64,000 bases of DNA from Thermoanaerobaculia bacterium (GTDB lineage: Bacteria; Acidobacteriota; Thermoanaerobaculia; UBA5066; Gp7-AA6). The stretch is taken from positions 4,688 to 68,687 of the forward strand of contig DASXTI010000179.1 of assembly GCA_036505535.1 (NCBI GenBank), given 5' to 3'. Every line of letters starts with the position of its first letter. The first letter of the stretch is position 1. This document shows positions 18,551 to 26,016 of the stretch, piece by piece. The notes under the pieces were generated by a model that was not told the DNA's origin, did not search any database, and saw only the letters and a list, made by a program, of their open reading frames with translations. Made by a program: the position numbers and the translations under genes.

Positions 18551-18637
18551 TTGCCGATTGGCGATTTCCGATTGACGATTGAGGGCTCGTCTCGGTGATG
18601 GCTTCAATCGACAATCATCAATCGGCAATCGCCAATT
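18549..18637. repeat. Heptad-repeat hairpin (5 x GATTGNN, loop, 5 x NNCAATC) filling the gap between convergent stops
   Basis: 18549-18583 reads GATTGCC GATTGGC GATTTCC GATTGAC GATTGAG. 18603-18637 reads TTCAATC GACAATC ATCAATC GGCAATC GCCAATT. Confidence 0.85.
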
Positions 18638-18638
18638 C

Positions 18639-18932
18639 CTAGTACAGCTCGACCTTCGGGATCATCAGCGCCCGCACGGCACAGTTGCCCCGGACGCGAG
18701 CCTGGCAGCCGAGGCGGCGGCCATCGCCCATCTCGTAGGCCAACTCCTGCGGGTTGATCGGCGAGAGGTTCTCCGAGCCGACGATGACCTCGATCCGGCA
18801 CGTCGAGCAAGTTCCATTCCCACCGCAGACGTGACTGATCTTCACGCCCAAATCGAGAGCAGCCCGTAGGACTGTCGTGCCCTCCTCGACGGAGCCCGCC
18901 TTCCCTTCGTTGACGAAGACGATCGTGGGCAT
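18639..18932 (-). CDS. 2Fe-2S ferredoxin (plant/adrenodoxin-like fold)
   Basis: C-terminal 97 aa of ORF 18639..19283 from ATG 18932: MPTIVFVNEGK...CGGNGTCSTCRIEV...LGCQARV. The upstream ORF extension overlaps trmB antisense. Confidence 0.8.
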   Translation of the reverse strand: MPTIVFVNEGKAGSVEEGTTVLRAALDLGVKISHVCGGNGTCSTCRIEVIVGSENLSPINPQELAYEMGDGRRLGCQARVRGNCAVRALMIPKVELY

Positions 18933-18944
18933 GAGAATTGCGGT

Positions 18945-19571
18945 TTGCGAAATCAGGGTAGCACAGGGGTCCAAGCGGGCCGGTGGCCCGGCAGTCCGGA
19001 CGAGGAGCTCTGGTTCGGGCGTTCGCTCGAGCCAGAGGACCTCTTCGGCCGCCGAGCGCCCCTGGAAGTCGAGATCGGCAGCGGCAAAGCGCGGTTCTTG
19101 ATCCAAGCAGGTCGGGCGAATCCGGCGCACGACTTCGTCGGCATCGAACGCTCGCTCGCCTACTACCGGACCTGTCGGGATCGCGTGACTCGCGCGAGCC
19201 TCCCCAACGTCCGGATTCTGCGCGCCGACGGTCGGACCTTCGTCGAGACGGCGCTCGCTCCGCGGTCGGTTCACGCGTTGCACATCTACTTTCCGGACCC
19301 CTGGCCCAAGAAGAGGCAGAAGAAGCGTCGCTTAATCGACGGCGTCTTTCTGGAACTCGTGGCTTCCCGGCTGGAGGCGGGAGGGCTTCTTCGCATCGCC
19401 ACGGACCATCCCGACTATGGCTCGGGCCTCGGTTCGCTCTTACAGACCGTGCCCGCCTTCGAGCGTCTCGTCTGGGATGCTCTCCCCGCGCCACCCACGA
19501 CCCACTACGAGATCAAGTACCGCGCAGAAGGAAGACCGATATGGAGGTATCTGCTGAGAAAAGGTTCCTAG
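18945..19571 (+). CDS. trmB: tRNA (guanine46-N7)-methyltransferase
   Basis: ORF 18945..19571 (TTG start). Motifs LEVEIGSGKARFL, LHIYFPDPWPKKRQKKRRL and ATDHPDY. Confidence 0.85.
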   Translation: MRNQGSTGVQAGRWPGSPDEELWFGRSLEPEDLFGRRAPLEVEIGSGKARFLIQAGRANPAHDFVGIERSLAYYRTCRDRVTRASLPNVRILRADGRTFVETALAPRSVHALHIYFPDPWPKKRQKKRRLIDGVFLELVASRLEAGGLLRIATDHPDYGSGLGSLLQTVPAFERLVWDALPAPPTTHYEIKYRAEGRPIWRYLLRKGS

Positions 19572-19630
19572 TTTCTGGTTACTGGTTTTCTGGTTCCGTC
19601 GACGTCGACCAGAAACGAGAAACCTGAAAC
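19571..19630. repeat. Heptad-repeat hairpin (TTNCTGG units, GTCGACGTCGAC centre, CNNGAAA units)
   Basis: Left arm TTTCTGG TTACTGG TTTTCTGG. Right arm CCAGAAA CGAGAAA CCTGAAA. Lies between the convergent trmB and pgsA stops. Confidence 0.8.
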
Positions 19631-19645
19631 CCGCTACCATCGGCT

Positions 19646-20209
19646 CTATGGTTCCGCCGCCGGAGGCGGCCCGGAAATTGCGATTTGCCGGAGGAAACGC
19701 ACAAAGTACTCCGTCCCCGAGACGAGCGCGACGCCGACGACCAGCCAGAGTAGGACCCGGCCGGGAAGCGCGAACGCCTCATGGCGCAGCGCCAGGATCA
19801 GTAGAGAAACGGCTGCAATCTGCGTGAACATCTTCGCCTTGCCCCACCCCGAGGCCGGAATCAGGATGCCTCGCCCCGACGCGATCGATCGTAATCCCGA
19901 CACGGCAAACTCGCGGCCGACGACCACAACCACCATCCATGCCGGCGCCAGACCCAGTTCCACGAGCGAGATGAAGGCCGCGGAGATCAGCAACTTGTCA
20001 GCGATCGGATCGAGCAGGGTCCCCAGGGTGGTGATCTCGCCGCGCCTCCGGGCGAGCCAACCGTCCAGGAAGTCGGTGGCGACGGCGGTGAGAAAAATCC
20101 CGAGCCCGACCGTCTCGCGTCCGTCGAACTTCGTCAAGAGCACGACGACGAGAAACGGGACCAGAAAGATCCGCAGCAGAGTCAGAGCGTTGGGGAGGTT
20201 TATCGTCAC
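19646..20209 (-). CDS. pgsA: CDP-diacylglycerol--glycerol-3-phosphate 3-phosphatidyltransferase
   Basis: ORF 19646..20209. CDP-alcohol phosphotransferase motif DFLDGWLARRRGEITTLGTLLDPIADK. Confidence 0.9.
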   Translation of the reverse strand: MTINLPNALTLLRIFLVPFLVVVLLTKFDGRETVGLGIFLTAVATDFLDGWLARRRGEITTLGTLLDPIADKLLISAAFISLVELGLAPAWMVVVVVGREFAVSGLRSIASGRGILIPASGWGKAKMFTQIAAVSLLILALRHEAFALPGRVLLWLVVGVALVSGTEYFVRFLRQIAISGPPPAAEP

Positions 20210-20249
20210 GGGATCGTCTGCTCAAATATACGGGATTCCAAGACCGCGC

Positions 20250-20278
20250 CTCGAGACTCCTCCGTCTCGAGACTCCTC
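20250..20278. promoter_or_regulatory. 13-nt direct repeat CTCGAGACTCCTC x2 (16-nt spacing) in the pgsA/deacetylase divergent region; possible operator
   Basis: Copies at 20250-20262 and 20266-20278 are identical. Followed by CATAAT (20282-20287) and GTG 20294. Confidence 0.3.
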
Positions 20279-20293
20279 GCGCATAATAGTCGG

Positions 20294-21682
20294 GTGAACG
20301 TTCCCTGCCCGACCCACTCCGGCCGGCGCGCCCATAAGAGCTGTCACTTCTGCCGCAGGGCGATCTGCCGCCTGTGCGAAGTGCGGATGCGGGGACATCT
20401 CTACTGTTCCACGCGTTGCGCGCGTGATGCGAGCCGGCACGCGGTCTGGCGCCGCATCCAGGGGGAACTCGTTCGGCCCATCCCCGCGCGCGCCGCGGTC
20501 TTTCTGGTGGCGCTCGCCGCGTCGGCTCCCGTCATTCTCGCTCTTCGGACCGTCGCCCATCTCGATCGTCTCAATACCCCTTCTCCGCTGGCTCGTCCCC
20601 GGCGCGAGACGCCGAGCGCGCGCCTCGAATCTGCGACGGAGGCCGCCGGCGGACTCCGCCTGGATGGAACCGCTTCGGAGGGAAGCGCCGTCTTTCTCTT
20701 CGCGGGTGGACACTTCGTGGCGGCCGCTCCGGTCGCCGACGGGCGTTTTCACTTCGACGGGGTCAGGGAGAAGGGACCCTTCCGCGTCGGCGCCATGCCG
20801 CTCTCGACCGAGCTGCTTCCGACTCCCGTTGCTCGACCCGTACGCCCGATAGTCCCTCCCTCCGTGTCTGCCCCGCCCCAGCCGACCGGGCCGCCCGCCC
20901 GCGCCGCGGCGGCTCAACCGGCACTATTTCCGAGGTGGCCCGCGGCGCCGGACTTGACGCAGGGGCCGGCGGATCGCCGGGACGTTCTCGTCTCCTTCGA
21001 CGCGGGATCCTCGGACCGCGGCGCTACCGAGATTCTCGACGCGCTGGCGGCCCGAGGAATCCGTACGACGATCTTCGTGACGGGGGAGTTCGTCCGCCGT
21101 TATCCGATGATCGTGCGCCGCATCGCGGCGGAGGGTCACGAAGTCGGCAATCACACCGACACTCACCCTCATCTGACGACCTACGGCCCCGACGGCCGCC
21201 AGATCACCCGCCCCGGAGTCGACCGAGCGTTCCTCACCGGCGAGCTCACTCGCACCGCGCGCCTCTACCGCGAAGCCACGGGGCGCGCCATGGCGCCCCT
21301 TTGGCGTGCCCCTTTCGGAGAGCACAATGCCGAAATCCGCCGGTGGGCGGCCGTGCAGGGTTACTGGCACGTCGGCTGGACGGGAGGCCGCAGCGGCCTC
21401 GACGGACTCGATTGGATCTCGGATCCTCTATCGCGCTCGTTCCAGCCGGCCGAGCGGCTCCTGGCTCGGCTGGTTCACCATGCCGAGAACGGAGGCATCG
21501 TGCTGCTCCATCTCGGGAGCGACCGGGAGGAGCCCGTCGCTTCGAGGATCGGCGTTCTCTTCGACGGCCTGAAGGGCCGCGGCTTCCGCTTCGCCCTCGC
21601 CTCGGAGTTCCTCGAACGGGAGGGCTACGACGAGGCGAAGCTGGCCGTCTTCCGCGACTCCGCCGCGGGCGTCGCGCATTGA
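20294..21682 (+). CDS. Membrane-anchored polysaccharide deacetylase (NodB homology domain) with an N-terminal B-box-type zinc finger
   Basis: ORF 20294..21682. N-terminal Cys/His cluster CPTHSGRRAHKSCHFCRRAICRLCEVRMRGHLYCSTRC, one TM segment, a Pro-rich linker, then NodB motifs (SFDAGSSD, HEVGNHTDTH, WRAPFGE, VLLHLG). Confidence 0.8.
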   Translation: MNVPCPTHSGRRAHKSCHFCRRAICRLCEVRMRGHLYCSTRCARDASRHAVWRRIQGELVRPIPARAAVFLVALAASAPVILALRTVAHLDRLNTPSPLARPRRETPSARLESATEAAGGLRLDGTASEGSAVFLFAGGHFVAAAPVADGRFHFDGVREKGPFRVGAMPLSTELLPTPVARPVRPIVPPSVSAPPQPTGPPARAAAAQPALFPRWPAAPDLTQGPADRRDVLVSFDAGSSDRGATEILDALAARGIRTTIFVTGEFVRRYPMIVRRIAAEGHEVGNHTDTHPHLTTYGPDGRQITRPGVDRAFLTGELTRTARLYREATGRAMAPLWRAPFGEHNAEIRRWAAVQGYWHVGWTGGRSGLDGLDWISDPLSRSFQPAERLLARLVHHAENGGIVLLHLGSDREEPVASRIGVLFDGLKGRGFRFALASEFLEREGYDEAKLAVFRDSAAGVAH

Positions 21683-23097
21683 CGATCGCCTTCGGCACCG
21701 ACGGGTGGCGCGGAGTCATCGCCGACGACTGCACGTTCTCCGAGATTCGCCGGATTGCCGCGGCGGTGGCGCGCTTCTACGTCGCGGACCCGGGACCCGG
21801 AGACCGGCACCGGATCGTGGTCGGCTATGACCCCCGTTTCTTCTCTCCCGAATTCGCCCGCGCGAGCGCCGAGGTCTTCGCCGAAGCGGGGATCGACGTT
21901 CTCCTGGCGGACCGTCCGATCCCGACGCCGGCCGTTTCGTTCCACGTCCGACGGCTCGGCTTGAAGGGGGGCGTCTCCATTACGGCCAGCCACAACCCCG
22001 GCCACTACAATGGCTTCAAGGTCAAGGCCCACTTCGGCGGCAGCGCTCCTCCGGAGACCTATCGGTCGATTGCGGGCGAGGTCGATCGTCGGCTTCCCCG
22101 CGCCGACCGCGCCGGAAGGATCGAGACCGAGGATCTGATCACGCCCTACCGGAATCGCTTATCCGAGCTGGTCGATCTCGCGGCGATTCGCGCGTCGCGA
22201 CTCTCGGTCCTCTCCGACGCGATGCACGGCGCGGCGGGCTCTTTGGTCGCGGAGCTGCTCTCGGGTGGCACGCTTCGTATCGTTGCCTTCCGCACCGAGC
22301 GCGACCCGCTCTTCGGGGGGGTCCATCCCGAGCCGATCGCCAAGAACCTCGCGGCATCCTCCGAACGCGTGCGTGCCGGGAGTCTCGATCTCGCCCTGGC
22401 CCAGGACGGTGATGCCGATCGTCTCGGCGTGCTGGGCCACGACGGGCGCTTCGTATCGCCTCACCAGATTCTGGCGCTGCTCCTGCTCCACGTCTTCCGC
22501 AAACGGGGCCTCCGAGGAGGCATCGCCAAGACGTTCTCGACCTCGTTCCAGGTCGATCGCATCGCGGCGCGCCTCGGTGTCCCGCTCATCGAGACCGGAA
22601 TCGGATTCAAGTACGTCGCCGAGCTGATGAACCGAGGGGAGGCCGTTGCGGGGGGCGAGGAGAGCGGCGGTTATGCTTTTTCCTTCCATCTGCCCGAACG
22701 GGACGGAGTCCTCTCGGCCCTCCTGCTGGTGGAGAGTCTGGCGAAGACCGGCAGAAATCTCGAGGAGGCGCTCGAAGAGCTCGCCTCCGAGTTCGGCCGG
22801 TTCGACTACGGGCGGCGCGACGTGTATCTGCCGACCGATGCCGCCGAGCGCTATCTCCGACAGAGCAACGCCTCCCCCCCCTTCTCCTTCGCCGGTGAAA
22901 GGGTCACGGCGGTGCAGGACCGCGACGGGGTCAAGTACGTCTTCGGGGACCGAGGCTGGCTCCTCCAACGCTTGTCCGGAACCGAACCGATGGCGCGCCT
23001 TTACTGCGAGCACGAGGCGGGAGAGAAGATGATGGCGATCCTGGACGAAGCCGAGCGGCGGCTTCGCGAGTTTGTCCACTCCGGGCGTATGCTCTAG
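21679..23097 (+). CDS. Phosphoglucomutase/phosphomannomutase family protein
   Basis: C-terminal 472 aa of ORF 20935..23097. Begins TIAFGTDGWRG, with active-site TASHNPGHYNGFK and the Mg site DGDADR. TTG 21679 overlaps the upstream TGA. Confidence 0.85.
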   Translation: MTIAFGTDGWRGVIADDCTFSEIRRIAAAVARFYVADPGPGDRHRIVVGYDPRFFSPEFARASAEVFAEAGIDVLLADRPIPTPAVSFHVRRLGLKGGVSITASHNPGHYNGFKVKAHFGGSAPPETYRSIAGEVDRRLPRADRAGRIETEDLITPYRNRLSELVDLAAIRASRLSVLSDAMHGAAGSLVAELLSGGTLRIVAFRTERDPLFGGVHPEPIAKNLAASSERVRAGSLDLALAQDGDADRLGVLGHDGRFVSPHQILALLLLHVFRKRGLRGGIAKTFSTSFQVDRIAARLGVPLIETGIGFKYVAELMNRGEAVAGGEESGGYAFSFHLPERDGVLSALLLVESLAKTGRNLEEALEELASEFGRFDYGRRDVYLPTDAAERYLRQSNASPPFSFAGERVTAVQDRDGVKYVFGDRGWLLQRLSGTEPMARLYCEHEAGEKMMAILDEAERRLREFVHSGRML

Positions 23098-23135
23098 CAG
23101 GCTGCTGGCCGATTGCGAGCCTCCGGAGGCGTGGC

Positions 23136-24632
23136 ATGAACATCCTGCTCCTCTCCATGCCCGACTCGTTCGAGCACATGCCGACCGTCGCGGTTCGCAT
23201 GCCCAACGGCGCCCTGACTTCGCTCGCCGGCAACGTCGATCCGCATCATCGAGTGGCCGTCGCGGACCTCGTGCTCGTCCAGCGGCGAGTTCGGGAAACC
23301 GTCGAGAGGCTGGTTCGGGAGCTCTCCCCCGACCTCGTCGGCCTGTCGGTCATGACCTTTCAGCGCCCGACGGCCTGGAAGATCCTCGACCTCGTGCGGG
23401 CGCTGCGGCCGGGCGTCCCGATCGTCGTCGGCGGCTATGACCCGAGTCTCGATCCCGAGGCCTATCGCGACATCCCCTCGGGCGCCGCCGACTTTCTCGT
23501 CCGCGGAGAGGGTGAGCTTCCCTTCCGCGAGCTGCTCCGTGCACTCGAGTCCGGCGGCGGTTTCGATGGGATCGCGGGGGTCTCCTTCCGCGTCGGGGAC
23601 GGCTTCCACCACAATCCACCGCGGCCGGCCAGCCGCCTCGAGGAGGGCGATATTCGCCTCCCGAATCGTGGCGCGCGGGTGCTCGCGGGATACACGATGC
23701 TCGGCCGGCAAGTCGACGTCGTCGAGACCTCCCGCGGGTGCACCTACGACTGCAGCTTCTGCTCGATCATCGAGATGCGCGGGCGCAACTTCCACACCTA
23801 CGATTTCGAGCGCGTGCTCGCGGACATCCGGGATGCCCGGTCACACGGCGCGCGCTCGATCTTCGTCGTCGACGACAACATCACGCTCGACGTCCGGCGG
23901 TTCGAGGCCCTTTGCCGCACCCTCGTGGAAGCGGGGCTGAACGACATCGACTACACGGTCCAGGCGATGACCTCCGCCATCGCGAATGCGCCGGAGACGC
24001 TCGCCCCGCGCATGCGGGAAGCGGGTTTCCGCTACGTCTTCCTCGGCATCGAGAATATTCTGGAGGACGATCTCGGATTCCTGCGCGCGGCCGCCAAGAA
24101 CACCCGCCGCGAACAGGGGAAGAGCCTGGGCAATGCGACCGAAAAAGCGATCGACCGCCTCCACCGAAACGGCATGTACGTCGTCGGGGGTTTGATCGTC
24201 GGCAATCCCGACGACACCGCCGAGTCGATCGAGGCGAACCTCGACTTCGCGCGACGCCATGTCGACTGGCCCTACGTCCAGCATCCCACCCCCTACCCCC
24301 GAACTCCGATGACGCGAGAGCTCCAGGAGCGCGGGCTCATATCCCATTCTCGGATCGAGGAGTACGACGGAACGACCGCGGTCGTGCGCACCGCGAGCCT
24401 CTCCCCCGAGGAGATCGAGTTCCGGCGTTGGAGGAGGGATCGCTGGATGAAGCTCCGGCACATGCCGGTCGCCTTTCGGCACGATCCGATCTTTGTGCTT
24501 CGCCATGCGCCGCAGATGCTGGCGCACACGTTTCGCGGAACGACCTTCAAGTCTCTTCTGGGTCTCGAGCCGGAGTCGCGGACCTTCGAGCGGTACCGGA
24601 GGATTCGGGCGAGGGAAAGGGAGTATCTATAG
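23136..24632 (+). CDS. B12-binding domain-containing radical SAM protein
   Basis: ORF 23136..24632. N-terminal cobalamin-binding-like domain, then the CxxxCxxC motif (SRGCTYDCSFCS). Confidence 0.85.
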   Translation: MNILLLSMPDSFEHMPTVAVRMPNGALTSLAGNVDPHHRVAVADLVLVQRRVRETVERLVRELSPDLVGLSVMTFQRPTAWKILDLVRALRPGVPIVVGGYDPSLDPEAYRDIPSGAADFLVRGEGELPFRELLRALESGGGFDGIAGVSFRVGDGFHHNPPRPASRLEEGDIRLPNRGARVLAGYTMLGRQVDVVETSRGCTYDCSFCSIIEMRGRNFHTYDFERVLADIRDARSHGARSIFVVDDNITLDVRRFEALCRTLVEAGLNDIDYTVQAMTSAIANAPETLAPRMREAGFRYVFLGIENILEDDLGFLRAAAKNTRREQGKSLGNATEKAIDRLHRNGMYVVGGLIVGNPDDTAESIEANLDFARRHVDWPYVQHPTPYPRTPMTRELQERGLISHSRIEEYDGTTAVVRTASLSPEEIEFRRWRRDRWMKLRHMPVAFRHDPIFVLRHAPQMLAHTFRGTTFKSLLGLEPESRTFERYRRIRAREREYL

Positions 24633-24635
24633 GTT

Positions 24636-24725
24636 AGGAGGAGTGATTTGTGATTTGTGATTGGGGCGGAAAAGTCTTCTTCGCGCTGATCACCAATCAC
24701 CAATCTCCAATCACAAATTCCTCCT
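24636..24725. repeat. Heptad-repeat hairpin (GATTTGT/GATTGGG units versus ACCAATC/TCCAATC/ACAAATT units, flanked by AGGAGG...CCTCCT)
   Basis: Left arm 24636-24666, right arm 24688-24725. Lies between convergent stops 24630-32 and 24736-38. Confidence 0.8.
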
Positions 24726-24735
24726 AGCGCCCGTC

Positions 24736-25998
24736 CTAATTACGCCTCTGATCCACCGGCCGATCCATGTCGGAGATCCGGCGACGGGGGCGGGGAGGCT
24801 CGGTCAAGACGGTCCCTTCGCCTTCGAAGCGGATCTTCGGCGGGCTGGCGACGTCGGGCTGCATGACCTCTTCCAGAAACTGATCATCGAGGACCGAGGC
24901 TACGAGATCCCCGCTCCAGGCCACGAGATCGCGCGAAGAGATCGAGAGCGGAAAATCCGCCGTGACCTCGTGCGCGAGAACGGGAGCGCCGACGGAAAAG
25001 ACGACGCTGCCCCGCCCGTGCACCCTCAGGACGTCGACGCGGCGGCCGCGCCGAAAGTCGTGGATCGCGTCGAGACGGAACGTGAGGCCGTGGTCGATCG
25101 CGAGAAGCCGGGTCCCCTCGACGAAGAGCGTCTGGCCGTTCAAGTCACGACGGTAGGCGCGACGGCCGGGGTCGTAAACGAGGAGCGTCCCCTGCCCCGC
25201 GACCCGCAGAATGCGCTCGAGCGACGTACTGCGGAACGCCGGTTCCACGGCGAAACGGATCTTGCCGCTGTACCAGGCCACGCACCCTTTCCGGACGAAC
25301 ACGGTTCCGCGCGAGGCGACTTCCAGGCCCCCTTCCGGCCGTACCTTGAAGAGCGGGCGCGAATCCGCCTGCGGCAGCGATATCGGCGCCACACCATCCG
25401 GCGCCTCGAGGAAGGCGGGCTCGTCGCCGGGGCGCGCGGCCTTGCTCACGGGGTCACCGTCCCCCGACCTCACCGCCGCCGGCGCGTCGGAGGGGAGGCG
25501 TGAAGCGCCGTCGCGTCCCGGACGTCTCAAGGCCTCTTCGATCTCGACGATGCGACGCTTGGCGCCGGCGACTCGCAAGTGCTCGAGGGCGAGGCCGAGC
25601 TTGCCGCGCATCTGATAGAGCAAGCCGAGGTACAGGTGACTGCGCCGATGGGCAGGCCGCAGTTCGATCGCCGCCCGCAGCTCCTCCTCCGCTTCGGCCA
25701 GCCGGCCCGCCTTGAAGAGGATCAACCCCAGGTTGGCATGAAGCACCTCGGAGGCGGGGTTTTCGACGATCAGCGCGCGCGCCGCGGACGCCGCCTCGTT
25801 GTAATGCCCCCGTTTGAACTCGAGAATGGAGACGAGGTTCAAGACCTCCTCATTGCGTGGACGGAGATTGCGCGCCTGCTCGAGCTCCTCCCAGGCCTCG
25901 GTCAGGTGTCCCGCGCGCACGCCGCGACGGGCGCGGTTCAGATGCAAGAGAAAGAGACCTTGGTCGACGGGTGGGTGGTCGCCGGCAGCGCTCGACAC
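24736..25998 (-). CDS. TPR-repeat protein with a C-terminal AIM24/DUF124-like beta domain
   Basis: ORF 24736..25998 (GTG start). The N-terminal ~150 aa are TPR (LGLILFKAGRLAEAEEELRAAIEL, LGLLYQMRGKLGLALEHL). Assigning the C-terminal ~230 aa to AIM24 is by pattern resemblance only. Confidence 0.65.
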   Translation of the reverse strand: MSSAAGDHPPVDQGLFLLHLNRARRGVRAGHLTEAWEELEQARNLRPRNEEVLNLVSILEFKRGHYNEAASAARALIVENPASEVLHANLGLILFKAGRLAEAEEELRAAIELRPAHRRSHLYLGLLYQMRGKLGLALEHLRVAGAKRRIVEIEEALRRPGRDGASRLPSDAPAAVRSGDGDPVSKAARPGDEPAFLEAPDGVAPISLPQADSRPLFKVRPEGGLEVASRGTVFVRKGCVAWYSGKIRFAVEPAFRSTSLERILRVAGQGTLLVYDPGRRAYRRDLNGQTLFVEGTRLLAIDHGLTFRLDAIHDFRRGRRVDVLRVHGRGSVVFSVGAPVLAHEVTADFPLSISSRDLVAWSGDLVASVLDDQFLEEVMQPDVASPPKIRFEGEGTVLTEPPRPRRRISDMDRPVDQRRN

Positions 25999-26016
25999 GT
26001 CGACCTCGGCGCCGGG

